Origin: Cetorhinus maximus
Lineage: Eukaryota
DNA length: 64,000 nt
Direction: 5' to 3'
Assembly (NCBI RefSeq): GCF_964194155.1
Contig: NC_135885.1
Span: forward strand, 134,044,001 to 134,108,000
Part shown: piece after piece, positions 37,046-50,829 of the stretch
Position numbering within the stretch: the first letter of the stretch is position 1
How the letters are laid out: the number at the start of each line of letters is the position of its first letter
The notes under the pieces: model-generated
Databases searched by the model: none
Told to the model about the DNA's origin: nothing
What the model saw: the letters and a program-made list of their open reading frames with translations, nothing else
Program-made: the position numbers and the translations under genes

Positions 37046-38492
37046 TGTTAGGAAATAGAGACAGTTTAAGTAAGTTATATTGGTATTTGTAGGCATTAGG
37101 AATGGGTTTTAGCTTTAATGTTTCAGTTTGATTTGTATTTCTGTATCTGTGTGTTAAGAAAGGTCAAATTGAGTTTTAGATTCACTTGAAAAGGTGCTTG
37201 CATTTCCAGTGAGAGTTTTACGGCTGTAAACTAAGTTAAGCAAACAAGAGTATTAAAAAAAACACTGCTGTTGCTTAGCAACAGGGGTCCAGAGAGGCAG
37301 GTCCCTCCCATAGGTACACACACAGAATAAGAGAAACAGCAGTTTGATTTTGGGAGCAGTGAGACCGGTTGCCTCACGATGTGACAAGCATCTGGGGGGA
37401 GCTGAGGAGAGATCCTTAGCACCTGGTTGAGGTGGCATCTGTCACTTGGGGGAGAATTTTCTCCCCTCTGGGGGGGTTGGGCGGGAGCGGGCGTGGGTGG
37501 GTACGTAGCCGACTGCTGCCCATGATCGGCTGTGCACCACCATTTTACGTGTGCGGGCCAATTAAGGCCCTCCCAACGTGATGCGCACCCAGAAGCGCTG
37601 AGCGCTCCCTGTGCGGGCGGGGGGAGTAGGCTGAGTCGGGGCCTGTGCTCTTTTGTGCATGCGTGCGAAAGAGCGCAGGAATCTCCCTGAGGCACAGAGC
37701 GGCCTTGGGGAGATTACTTTGATTTTTAAAAATTTTAATAAAGGGAAAAAAAATTTAAAGACGTGTCCCCTCATGGGACAGTGTCACATGAGCTGGGACA
37801 TGTCTATGTAATTTATTAAAAAATTCTATTAATGTTTTAAAACCTTCATGAAATCTCATCCCGCCTGTGGATGAGGTTTCATGATAAATGTGAAGGCCGT
37901 CTGGGCTCTTCGTCTGCCCCCCGGCCAACCTCAAGGTTGGACGGGCAGCTCTGTTAAGTATTTCAATTAGAATTTAAATGGCCTTAATGGGCCTTTGACA
38001 GTTCGGCGGGCGCACAGCCGACTTTGGTGCACGCCCACCCAAATGAATATCTCAATGACCGGCGATGACGTCGGGATGCACACCCGATGTCACTGCGCGT
38101 TGGCAAATGGGACCCGCCCTTACTCGCTGACCTGAAGATTCTGCCCTTGGTTTCAGAGTGTGGTGTGTCTGACCACAGGGTGCCTGGTACGTGGACTGTG
38201 TACTTACTGTGGACAATAGAGTATAAGGTAGCTTTTGTAACTTGTGTCATCCTTACAAATCTGTATATATCTGTAAAGGTATAGTTGTGGGTGAGGGAGT
38301 ATTGTAATATAGTTCATCTTTTCTTGTTCAATAAATGTTTTATTCTTTTGTTAAAAGTTCATCAGCTGACTCCTGTTCAGTAGCTACTTTCCACGTACCT
38401 AAGCAAACAAATTAAAAGTCAGGATCTATCAAGCTGGGCTCCGCTGTGGGATCAAGCTTGTCCAGTGATAACCTCAGGTGGGGATCATAACA
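37046..38492 (+). repeat. Solo LTR (family C) with a MITE insertion
   Basis: TGTTAGG...CATAACA, AATAAA at ~38329, flanks AAAT/ACAT, homologous to 58874-60072. Confidence 0.85.
37449..38146. mobile_element. Harbinger MITE (~700 bp)
   Basis: TIRs GGGGAGAATTTT...AAGATTCTGCCC, exact TTG duplication, empty site seen in the paralogous LTR at ~59724-59735. Confidence 0.92.
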
Positions 38493-39307
38493 ACATGCAA
38501 TCAATTTATAATGAATGGTTTTATGGGGTGATTTTTCAATGGGCATCCACCTGTTGAAATTGTGGGCATTGGGACCCTTACAGTTTAGCCACCAGCTGAC
38601 TAGCTTGATTATCCCCAGAAGTCTGTCCGGTTCCATTTTGGACTGGCCCTCTTGTTAGGCCTCCAGCAAGCTTGCCTGAAACCAGCAGCTGCCTATTGAA
38701 CATACATAAATTAGTGTCCTGCTGCTGCTGTTCCAGGACAAAAATGCCATTTTTAACTGCTGCAGCATGCTATTTGCCAGTTTTACAGTGGACCCGCACA
38801 GCCCAGTAACTGTGCGAGTGCAGAGTGAGCAGGAGGAGGTACATTCAAGTGAATGGAGGAGAGCGATGGGAAGTGAGGGACAATGGGCTTCTTAGTGCTA
38901 TGCATACAGTAGAATTGTGCAGAGTAATAAAGCTGTGAATGGTAGTTTTACCTAAATAGTTCTTGGCAAGTCATTGAATTTTTTCCTGCACTGTTGCAAA
39001 AAAAATCTTCAGTATGATATGAACCTGTGTGTTCATCAACCTTTTTCCGCTATTGTGGCATTATTTAGCTGTGCGCTGGGGCTCCAACACATCACTGGGG
39101 AACAGGACCTCCTTCTTCCTGGTGACTTCCCTCCACCAGAAGCTCCATGGCAACATTGGAAAAATGGGCGGGTCTCCAGCTGCAGTCATTTTGGAGGCAA
39201 CAATAGATGGAGCATTAGCAGAGCTAACCCCAAAATAATTTTCTCATATAAGAATGGATTTATTTTTCCTCATTAAAAATATTGAAAATTTGATTCATAA
39301 ACCTTTT

Positions 39308-39487
39308 CACAGAATCACAGATTTTTAACAGCACAGAAGGAGGCCATTCGGCCCATCGTGTCTGCACCAGCTCTCCAAATGAGCATTATGACCTAGTGCC
39401 ATTGCCCTGCCTTTTCCCCGTACCCTTGTACATTGTTTCTATTCAAATAATCATCTAATGCCCTCTTGAATGCCTCAATTGAACTGC
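39308..39487 (-). mobile_element. CR1 3' tail
   Basis: GGAGGCCATTCGGCCCATCG reverse-complement 3' UTR. Confidence 0.75.
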
Positions 39488-39951
39488 TCGAAATTTTTGG
39501 AGAGAAAAGCTTATTAAAAATATAAATTAGAAAACTGCTTAAATAATGAACTTTTGAGTTTCTCATGAAAGGTCTTTTAATAGGAACGTATACTTATTAA
39601 AGACAAAGTCAGCAAACTGACTAATAAGGTACGTATTGCTTTAAAGATGTGAAATGGTAGTGATTGGGAAAGGGGTTTGAGATTGGGTGGGGAAGGTGTT
39701 TGGTGGCGGCACAAGAGATTGTTTTGCAGCATTTGCCAACTGGCATGGCTGATGTGGGATTGTTGGGCCGAATGGCCTGGTGGGAGCTAAGGGTCTTCGA
39801 GTCTCTTTTTCCTAGTCCTTCTCCTCATGACGCTGTCAGGCTTTGCCCGCATAAATATTACCAGATAAAGCAGCCCCCAATTCTGCCATACTTTCCTCAC
39901 CCCCACCCCCAACAAAAGCTTTCAAGCCCCTTGCCAATTTAGCTTTTCTTA

Positions 39952-40186
39952 AATATGTTCACAGGATGAGGGTATCGCTGACGAGGCCAGCATTTATTAC
40001 CCATCCCTAATTGCCTTGAGAAGGTGGTAGTGAGCCGCCTTCTTGAATCTCTATGGCCCTTATAGATACACCCACAGTATTCTTAGCAAGGGCGTTCCAG
40101 GAATTCGACCCAGCGCCAGTGAAGAAACAGTGAATTAGTTCCAAGTAAGGATGGTGTGTGGCTTGGAGGGGTACTTGCAGGTGCTG
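39952..40186 (-). mobile_element. LINE-B 3' end
   Basis: Reverse complement of the LINE-B tail. Confidence 0.82.
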
Positions 40187-40310
40187 CAACAGGATCTCAT
40201 GATCCCCTTTTTCAGGACTGCCCCTTCCTCAGGACTTCGCCTTTCCAATTCCCAGATCCTTTCCACTCAGAAACGTCAGGACTGTATTCCCAGTGCTCCA
40301 TGATCCCACA

Positions 40311-40674
40311 TAGGTTTGCCAACCCTCCAGGATTGGCTTGGAGTCTCCAGGAATTGAAGGTCAATCTCCAGGACACTGCTGTGTGCAACCCTGGACAAAA
40401 GTCATTGGGACATTAAGAAAGGTTGGTTTTTTTTTTGCCATTTTCTTAGTGAAAATTTTTCAATTAGCAGCTATAAAAAATATTGAAAATAGGAAAAGAA
40501 AAGGTTGTTTGGCTGACAGTCAAACATCACCCTGTTGGGTAATGAATCTTTTTGCTTTCCAACTAGCATAGGAACACGGTACATCACAAAGATGGCTGAC
40601 TAATGGCTGGAGTGTGGGGGCAAGTCATGCGATGAAACCTCCAGGAATAAATTTAATCACAGTTGGCAACCCTA
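40311..40674. mobile_element. Non-autonomous DNA transposon (MITE), possibly hAT-like
   Basis: TIRs TAGGTTTGCCAAC...GTTGGCAACCCTA; no clear 8-bp TSD. Confidence 0.7.
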
Positions 40675-41049
40675 TAGGATGGCCCCAATGATTTGGGGCC
40701 TCCCTCATCAATTCTCCCAAATTCCAAGGACCCCCTCTATTAGGCTTCCCAATGGACTGGGCCAGACACCAAACCCTTTGCCCTTAAAAGTATTGCCAGA
40801 TCTCAAAACCGGACCTATTACTGTCGTTATCTGGGCTAACCCTCAATGTTCTTGATAACACAATCTGGCATAACGCTCCTATTCCCATAAAACCTCTAGC
40901 GCATAATGATAGGTTTATTTCAGATGCTCAAATCTATTAGCCACATTTTTGATATACTACTATACTAGATATCATTACCATTTTCTAGCCTGTAAGCAAG
41001 AAACGAAAAGTTTATGCATCATTTGTTGATGTAAAGATGCTAATCCCAT

Positions 41050-43092
41050 ACTTGCGTTGGAGTTGGTTAAGTGAAGGTTCACTAGGTGGGTCCCTGGAAT
41101 GAGAGGGTTGTCCTATAATGAGAGGCTGAGTAAATTGGGCCTATATTCTCTGCATTTAGAAGATCTCATTAAACATGCAATCTGGATAGATGCTGAGGGG
41201 TTGTTTCCATTGGTCAGCGAATCTAAAACACAGGGGCACAGTCTCATGATAAGGGGCCAGTTATGACTGATGCAGTTGGTAAAGTGGAATTATTTAACAA
41301 TCCCAGAGGGAAACTTTAAATAACTGTCATAATCAATCATTTTAAGTGTTATGTTTGAGATGCAACTCTAAATTCAGGAATCAAACCACCAGCTCTCGAG
41401 GTTTTACATTAAACTAAAGGAAACAGTTTATTAATTTACACAAGTTAAAATATATGTACACATGGCTACAAATTACTACTATCATAACTTTAAACAAATT
41501 CCCAAACTAATCTCCTTTAAGGCAACAGCAACCCACACACCAGGCAAAGCATTTTCACCTTATGAATTCAATATGAGGTTCCTGTTACTTTGATTCCTAT
41601 GGAGCCAGTTGGAGGCTTGCAGCTGCCTTTTGATCTTATACTGTCTCTGCTCAGCACACCCGAAAACTACTGAAATTATACCTACCAGCCCCATTGAATG
41701 TTAATTCTCATTGGATCAACAACCTCTGAACTAAATCTCTCTAACAATAAAACCCCTTTCATAGTATCAACTTTATTAGTAATATAAACATATTACTTGG
41801 TAGCTGCTAGAAAGGCTTCGGTTTTCACGCCACTTCCTGAATACTCTATCCACGCTATCTGTCTTACATATCAAAACCAGTACCCATCAAAACACCCAGA
41901 CTAGCTGGCTTTAATTCAATTAAGACACACCCACAGACTAAACCTCTATTTTAAAAGAAAAATATTTTCCAAAATATTATATACATTAATAGCTTCATGA
42001 TAGGGCTGCTCATTTAGAACTGAGATGAGGAGAAATTACTTCACAAGATCATTCATTTTGGCATGAAGAATAAAAAAGAAGTTTATTATTTAAATGGTGA
42101 GAGGTTGCAGAGCTCTGAGATTCAGAGGGATCTGGGTGTCCTAGTACACAAATCACAAAAGGTTAGTATGCAGGTACAGAAAGTAATTAGGAAAGCTAAT
42201 AGAATGTTATCATTTATTGTGAGGGGAATTGATTACAAAAGTAGGGTGCTTATGCTTCAGTTGTACAGGGCATTGGTGAGACCACATCTGGAGTATTGTG
42301 TACTGTACTGGTCTCCTTATTTAAAGAAAGATATAAGTGCATTAGAAGCAGTTCAGAGAAGGTTAACTAGGCTAATACCAGGAATGGGCAGGTTGTCTTA
42401 TGAGAAAAGGCTGGACAGGTTAGGCTTGTATCCACTGGAATTTAGGAGAGTAAGAGGCAACTTAATTGAAACCTTTAAAATCTTGAGGGGTCTTGACAGG
42501 GTGGATGTGGAGAGGATGTTTCCTCTTGTGGGAGAATCAAGAACTAGGGGTCACTATTTAAAAATAAGGGGTCACTCGTTTAAGACAGGGATGAGGTGAA
42601 ATTTTTTCTCTCAGAGGGTTGTGAGTCTTTGGAATTCTCTTTCTCAAAAGGCAGTGGAAGCAGAGTCTTTGATTATTTTTAAGGCGAAGCTAGATAGATG
42701 CTTGTTTAACATGGGGGTGAAAGGTTATCGGGAGTAGGCAGGAATGTGGGGTTGAGATTACAATCAGATCAGCCATGAACTTATTGAATGGGGGAGCAGG
42801 CTCGAGGGGCCGAGTGGCCTCTTCCTGCTCCTAATTCGTATGTTCGTATGCAATCAAAAAGTTGTGAATCTTTGGAATTCTCTAGGCTGGAGCGATGTGG
42901 ATACTCCATCATTGAATACATTTAAGGCTGGGATAGACAGATTTTTGGAATCTCATCAGGGGATCAAGGGATATGAGGAGCAGGCAGGAAAATGGAGTTG
43001 GAGCCCAAGATCAGCCATGATCATATTGAATGGCGGAGCAGGCTCGAGGAGTTTTATGGTCTACTCCTGCTTCTATTTCTTGTGTTCTTGTA
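41050..43092 (+). mobile_element. CR1 3' fragment carrying two insertions (LTR 41258-42002; second CR1 ~42049-42850)
   Basis: Host CR1 resumes after each insertion; nested copy has a 178-aa ORF (42063-42599) with RDLGVLV, LYRALVRPHLEYC, TRGH. Confidence 0.9.
41258..42002 (-). repeat. Solo LTR-like insertion (family D)
   Basis: GGGC duplicated on both sides, degenerate (T)GTTATGA...TCATGA(C)A termini, minus-strand AATAAA at ~41427-41432. Confidence 0.7.
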
Positions 43093-46000
43093 TTCTAGTG
43101 TATTGTGTTGTTGCTGTTCTTGCAGGATGGTTGGCAACTTATTCAAATCTAATTTTGCTATACGAAATGATTGACTACATTAGCGAGCAGAATGACTATG
43201 CTTGTAGAGCTAATAGAGTATATGAGCACATGTTTATTCTAGGATTATTGAAAAGAAACCAATAAAAACATCAGAATATGTTAGTTAACACACTAGCTCA
43301 ATTATATTAATGAAGTGTCTTGAATGAAATCTGTCAGAAAGAAAGCCTTCCAAGGATTAACATGAAGAGAAACTTAATTGCTGCTTATGTCAAAACTGGG
43401 TGACTCATCTATCCTGTTTACATCACTGTGACAGCAGAGGGTGGGATGTGGCAGTCCTAGTGTCTTTCTACACAGGAGGTTTAGGAAGGAGGTTGATCTG
43501 AACCTTAGCAGTGACAGGGATGACTGTTGTCATGAAAACAGATAAAAACGCTGAAGTCGAGAGACTCAATTCAGCACTAAGCCTTTCAGGCTAAATTCTG
43601 GTCTTAAATGCACCAATGCAGGGGAAGATTTTTGTTGACAGATCTTAGATATGTACGGGATTGAAATTCTGATATTCTGTACATTGATTTAATGAAAATT
43701 ATATAGCTATTTCTGTGTGAAATACAATTGCTAGAGAACTGAGATTATTGCGTTTATTAGTGACATGGTGGAATAAAGGGGAAAGGGATTCACATCAGAA
43801 GTCTCAAAATCTGATGCAGCTTGAAATTTATCTGCAGCAGCAACAATACAGAGATAGGAAGAAGATGTATCGAGTGAGCTTCGGCTAACTTTGAGATTGA
43901 AGTCACTGTGACGGAGGGGTTACAATCCTGGATGTTTTGCTGGATGTGGCAACAGGAAAACCAAAATCAAGGGATGCATCCAAAATTTGGCTAAATTTAG
44001 TCATGTATATGTTGTGAAGGGGAACGTGACTGAGACATATAAATGCTGATGTTAGCTCACATCAGGGTAAAAATACAAGTCAATATAAGCAGAAAGCTTG
44101 AAAGAAATGATCGGGATTCATGTTGCACATGCAACTACTTCTTGCAAGAGCAACAAGCCGTTTGAATTATGATCAATCTCCGATAGGAATGGAAGAGTGG
44201 CTGGAGCTGGTGCTTGAAATGTCTCTGACTGAGGGAGGAATGGTCGCGAGGTATTCATCAGCAGATGTCCAGAGAATGGACAATGCAGGGATGGTGGAGA
44301 AGCCCTATGAAGTTAATTGTGGCTGTTGTAAACCTGTTGCTAAACTAATATCAGGGAGCATTCTCCTGAGCTGGGGGATAGTCACCTGATAAATTACTTG
44401 GTATTTCTCATTGGTAGCCACCATTGACCCCCTTTGAGCTGACAATTTCTGATAACACACAAGGTGAGCAGTTGACATCTTCAGCACTAACAGTGTGCAA
44501 GTTTTGGGTGTAAATTATTCTTCCCACATGGAACAGAAGCACTTATTAATTCAATATATGTATATATGTCTAATTTAGATTTGCCTGAAAGCCATACATT
44601 TCAACCCAAATCCTATGAACCAGGGCACATAGCCAAATCCTTTTTAGATAACGTGGTTATGGTAATATATTTAACAAAATAAGTCAATGTTACAATTTGT
44701 ACCATAATTCATATTATGAAGTCAGCAATGAAAACTCTTATATGACAGTCATTTTCAGTCTGTATCATTTATTTGTTTCGCAATGACAATTCTGTTTTCC
44801 TGTTGAGTGGAAACTAATTGTGCAATTGACTTTATGCTAGAAATCAAATTAAAGCATCTAGCCCAACCTCTCACCTTACTGGGGACGATGAACCATTGAG
44901 TCCTGCTTCTGTGGTTTATTTTTGAAAACAGTCAATCAGAGGCTGCTATTTGTTAATATATTGGATTTCCCCTGTGAGCATTGGTAGGATTATCTGATGG
45001 ATGCCTGGCTGAAGTGCTTGTGAAATTTATTGTTTTATTAGTGGCATATTCATTAGTGAAACCCTATTCTTCTGACTAGGCAAAGAAAGAAGATTTGAAC
45101 TTGCATTCATCTAACATCTTTAATGACCACGGGATGTCCCAAATGCTTTACAATCAATGAAGTGATTGGTTTCACAGTCTGCAAAACAATTTGGCCATCT
45201 CCATGTCATCTTAATGACCACACACAATTGGTAATAAAATATCAAGGTGCATATTTTAGCAAATGATGCCAATAATATTGAATTTGTGAATGAAACAACT
45301 CTCAATTTTAGATGTTTGTTTTTATATATGTTATATACAATTACATACGTTTGTGTTATATATATTCAGATTTGGAGTTTCCACTCATTTGAGCTAGTAA
45401 TACCACATCAATCCAAGTGTAAACAGCCAAACCAATGCAAGAGTTTGAGGAATTTTTGACATGAATTATGACCAACACCCCTTATGTTCCTATTTCCCAT
45501 GATCTTTTATACAAGTTCAAGGTCCAAGTTGCCTGTACCAGGCCTCCCATCCCACCCTCCTCTCGCTCACAAAACTGGGCGCACCCCAAATTGACATTGC
45601 AAGATTCCATTGATACTGCTGGCTTGGGAACGCTCTGTAAATTGCTTTATTTTCTTAGATGCACGAATAGGCACATTTCTAAGAATTTCCATATTAAGGA
45701 ATATTTAATTTGGTGTACGCCAATGAGGCTGCTAGCTTTGCTATTTTAAAGTCATTTTCAGTACTCTTAAATCAGTTAATTCATAGGGAGAAGACTGGTC
45801 GCCCTTACTAAAAAGGCTTATTTTTGGTGATAAACTTACTTTCAGCTATACTGGTAAAACTGCACCAGGTTACCACTCTTTGATACAATAATGATTATTT
45901 GTTAAACCAAATTTTTAAAAAATGACTCTGTTTTTCTGTTCTGCCTCCTGATGGTGCTGCTTTATGGAAGATTTTACATTTGTGTTTATATAAATTAATT

Positions 46001-47779
46001 TAGCAGAAACTCAAACTGTGAAACAGCCAGTGCAATTTAAAGCTCATTTTGGGCGTAAATTCCCGTTTATGCCCGAAGTGCCATCTCTAACTCACTGTGT
46101 GTATGCATCCCCTCAACAATAGTCTCCTTGCAGTCTGGTTCATTACTTGGGTAACTTGTGGGATACATTAAGCGACATCAATCATATTGAGTGATTCCTT
46201 TTCTGAATTAGTGAGACCCCAAGATGTCTCTCCACTGCTGCTGGATGAATTGAATGTCAACATCATTCTCCCAGATGGACCTCAGTGTCAATACGCCGCT
46301 AGCAGGGAGATTGTTATATATCCATGCCTGTTGGAATTATTCTTAACAAAGCGGGAGATGGTGTGCAATAGTAAATGCCATTATAACAAGCTTTAAATAA
46401 GAGCAATACGTAAAACATGTTGCTTTGCAGGCACTTTGTTTCGTACTTGTTGAAACAGTATGAAGGGATTGGTTCAACCCTTCAAACTAAACATTTTATT
46501 CATCAGATTTGATAACGGTTAGGTCTACCTGAAACCTTATGAAGGTAGAAATATGCAAGTGTAGGAATATCCATTTGAATAACTCTAAATTCTGTTATCG
46601 CAGCAGCAGCTAATTGGGTGTAGCTATAGAGTTTTAATGACTCATTATGAAATGTAAGTCAGTGCTCTTTTCCATAAAGAAGTAACACAAAGAGGCCTAT
46701 GTTTGGCTATTTACACCTTAAATTAACTGCTAAGATTTGTTATTTTAAGGGGTAGGATATTCTATGGGGAATCGCAGTTCATGTAAACTTCCCTCTTTTT
46801 TGTTCCAATTTATCAAAAGTCTCTTCAGAAGCATGTTAAAACAGTACTGCAACCAAATGAGACCTGAGAGATCAGGTCATTGAGAGGTCATGATTCAGAC
46901 CCAGCGAAGATCAGCAACAGCTAACTCCTGAAACAGTGGGGATTAACCTCCTTCCCATTCCTATCTGAAACTATTAATCATTAAATTACTACCATCCAGG
47001 TACAAAGCACCAATCAATGTATTTTGAAAATGATTGTCATCGATAAATGAAAATAATTAACAATCTTCATTCTTTCAGTGAAAACTCACTGGCTGTGTCC
47101 AAGACTGTCATCTGAAGGTGAAACAGCCTCTATTTGACCTGTGTTGTATCCCTGGGGATGTGGTGCTAGGCTGTAAATAATACCTCCTAATAAAGAGCAG
47201 TCTTCTGGTGAGTTATGTCCTTGAGACATACGGGGAAATGACTTACATTGAAAGTACTTCTCTTTGGAGTTGCCCTCATCTTGAAATTGTTAGATCAATT
47301 TTTGTGTTCCATATTCCTATTACTTTTTTGTAGTTAGAATTGAATGGTCTCACAGCAATCTATCTCACTGTGTCTGCTTGTGTCGGAAAAACTGTTCAAA
47401 TATTTTACTTACATCAAGGAAAATCAGTGAAATATTGAAGTAATATGTTGTAAAAGTTGTAACTCTCTTGATGGCTCAGTGAGTAATCCTGTGTATCGAA
47501 TGACCAAGTAGGATTCTAATCTTTGTTAAATGATTTAATCTCAGTGGAGCTCTGCAGGGCAATGGTTAGAAAGTCAGGCTGGATGGTGGGCGTGGTGGTT
47601 GGGGTGTTTGGGAGTTGGGGAGCTAATGTCAGAGGGGCTTGCGAACATCCTGCAGCAGCCTGCAGTTTGGAGCGAGGTTCACCGAAGAAAATGTTCCCAG
47701 GCTAGGTTTCGGTACAGCCTGCAGTGATGTGTTTAGGGGTACAACAGGGCCGAGCATGTATGGTGCTCTCTCTGCCTTT

Positions 47780-47972
47780 TCTTTTATTCATTCATGGATG
47801 TGGGCGTCACTGGCTAAGCCAACGTTTATTGTCCATCCCTAATTTCCCCAGGGAAGGCTTTGAACTGCTTGTGTGGTGTAGGTACATCCACAGTGCAGTT
47901 AGGGATGGAGTTCCAAGCATTTGGCGCAGCAGTGAATGGAGATATCGTTCCAAATGAGGATTTGTGTGTTTG
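47780..47972 (-). mobile_element. LINE-B 3' end (degenerate)
   Basis: Reverse complement of the LINE-B tail. Confidence 0.7.
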
Positions 47973-48043
47973 GAGTTCTACAACTGAAAAAGTATCCTGA
48001 TTTGCACATTTAAACAGCCTGTTTTGGTTGGAAGAGTTAGTTC

Positions 48044-48400
48044 AGTTGTTGTGGGTTTATCTCGGGATTTGTTAGCTTCTTGCTCGAGGAGAGATCTTGT
48101 TGGAGGCAACAGTCTTTTATTCAGAAACATTTATTTACCTGCTAACTATCTGCAAAGGTTAAATTAAGACCAAGACATAGCTAGAGCTACTCTCTGAGGT
48201 GCTTCACACTCATCTCGTCTCAGTGAGTGACATCACCGTGACATAGCTCCCAACGCATATGCTCAGTAGTTATCATTAAAGTTAACCCTTCACTCTACAT
48301 CCCCTCCCCCACCCCCGTGTCTTTATCCCCATACCATGATACACACATTCTTCTACATTAGCCACCAACTCCAAACCTGATTCAGGCAGACCCTTGACTG
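48044..48400 (-). mobile_element. Gypsy 3' LTR (48044-48299) with polypurine tract and short internal remnant
   Basis: Homologous to the 17339 and 25012 LTRs; GGGGTGGGGGAGGGGA immediately 5' of the LTR on minus strand. Confidence 0.78.
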
Positions 48401-49126
48401 TCAAAGGGTTCTCCAAGGTGCTGAATTAATTTTCTGCTGTTGGTTGTCACTTTCTCAGATGAAAAACGTGTTGGGCAGCAATTGAACATCGTCCCATTGA
48501 ATATTTTTGGATTAAAATCCTCTGCAAGCAGCTTTAATTTTTGGGAAATCAGGGGAGGAAAAAATCTAGGCAATGCGGGTTAGGGTTTCTGCTCGTTTTA
48601 TCAGCACAATCTTGGTGAAATAGTCTGACGCAGTTGCAAAAGATCAGGGAATTTTAGACGTAATTTCTGTGAGCATAAATCAAGATTCTGTGATCTTTAA
48701 CATCGGTTTAAAAATTGGTTTGCACAAAGCTGGCCTCAACAACAAAACTAGCCACACCCTCCGGTTTTAATAACAAGGACTGTGAGTTTCTGCTGCTAGA
48801 TAAATGCCTTCAAATTGAACTTGTTCTCCGAGGCACACAGACACGAGTGGCATACTTTAAAAGCCTTCCCATATTAAATAATATTGAACTTATTCAAAAA
48901 CGAAACGATGAAACTAGTAAATGGTTCAGTTTGTAAATAATTTTCAGTGATTTTCAAATCACTCTACACCCATTTGGAAGACTAGCCACTCTTATTAAAG
49001 ATGCTTATTTATTCACTAAATAAACCTATTTTCAGCTTATTATACAACTGCACCAGGTTATTGCTCTTAAATACGTCAATGAACATTTTTTATGCAAAGA
49101 AAAGAAAGAAACAATGATGTCCTATT

Positions 49127-50660
49127 GGGCAGAATTTTTCGCTCGGCGGGCAGGTGCGCGCCCGACCTGCTCGAGTGTGAAATAACGTGCGATGACGTCG
49201 GACGACTTCAAGGCGCACTCTGGTGATATTTCGCGAGGCGGGCGCATGGTGGAGATGGAGGCGCGCCCTCCATTAATTAAGAGGCCAGTTGAGGCCCTCG
49301 ACACACCAATTGTCTCCAGGTTTACGTAGCCTGTGCGATTTTTCTCAGCCACTGCACGGGCAAAACGGGCAGGTGGGCAGGACGCAAGTAGCGAAAACTC
49401 ATCTGCAGGCGCGATAAGAAGGGTCAGTGGCATTTTCAATGCGAATAGTGAGGGGTTTTGGATATAACTTGCTGCTGGTTGCTTCTGTGAACTGGACAGC
49501 TTCATCTCGCTTCAGAGCTGCATTCTGAGCATTTCTAGGCTTCATTTCAGGACTCATTGGTGTCTTCCAGGCCCCTGGAGGATTCAGATTGTGTGGGCCC
49601 TTCCAGGTATCAGACAGCCTTCCCTTACTGTGGTAATGGGGATTGTGGTCTCCGCTGGAGGCTCTGAGCAGGTAGAGAGGGGCAGAAGGGAGAGGAGGCC
49701 ACCTGTCCCAATGCAGCTTCCAGGGGAGCGACCTGCGGGAGGAGAGGCGCAGACACAAGGGGTGCAGGGCCAACAGGAAGTCCAAGGCAGAAAGGGCCGC
49801 AGAAGATGCCACTATCCAGCTACCAGGGTTTACATGCGGCGATGCAGCTACCTCAATATGTCCAAGGTGCAATGCCGAAGGAGGCTCCGCCTCTCAAGGG
49901 AGACAGTGACCTCCATCTGTCAGAGGATCGGGCCTGAGATCAGCTCCAACTGTGTGGGTGGACACCCAATGCCAGTGGCGCTGAAGGTCACAGTGGCCCT
50001 CAACTCCTATGCCTCCGGCTCTTTTCAGGGCTCAGTGGGGGATCTTTGTGGAGTCTCACAATCAGCTGTCCACACTTGTGTCAAGCTGGTGACAGATGTT
50101 CTGTTCAGGCATGCATTGACTTTCATTCATTACCACATGGATGAGGCCAGCCAGGCAGAAGTGAGCTGGAGGCTTTGTAGCAATTACTGGGATCCTCCGT
50201 GTGGCCATCAAGGCGCCAGCGGGTGAACCCGGTGCCTTCATCAACAGGAAGGGCTTCCACTCCATGAACGTGCAGATAGTGTGTGATCACAAGATGCAGA
50301 TTCTACAAGTCTGTGCAAGGTACCCAGGCAGCTCCCACGATGCCTACATCCTCAGACACTCCCAGGTGCTGAGGCTCTTCAGTGCTCCAACTTGGCTGGA
50401 TGGCTGCTGGGTGACAAGGGCTATCCCCTCAGAAGGTGACTCATGACGCCTCTCCGCCATCCAAGAACAGAAGCTGAGTAGCGGTATAATAGGAGCCACG
50501 GCACCACAAGGGCTGTGGTGGAGAGAACCATCGGTCTTCTCAAGATGCGCTTCCGATGCCTGGACCATTCAGGGGACGCACAGCAATACCCCCCAGATTT
50601 TGTGTCACTGATAGTGGTTGCATGCTGCACTGTCCAGAATCTGACACTGGCAAGGGAGCA
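49127..50660 (+). mobile_element. Truncated Harbinger (Harbinger-1 family): TIR plus transposase pseudogene 49636-~50650
   Basis: TIR GGGCAGAATTTT; [53 protein letters not shown]; frameshifts. Confidence 0.92.
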
Positions 50661-50829
50661 CTCAGTTTAATATTACATCTCTGGTCTTCACAGCCAGGCT
50701 GCTATTTTAACATCAAATGGCCAGAATTTCAGCAGCCAGGCTGGGTAAGCAGTCTTAACTCCACAAAACCTGCTTAATTCAAAAAGTTTCTGAACAACAT
50801 CTGCCAAGTGGTCAAAACACAAAAAAGCA

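Noticed and set aside
43740-44400. Possible old L2 LINE on the minus strand
   Set aside because: Composition is suggestive but no clear RT motif could be read.
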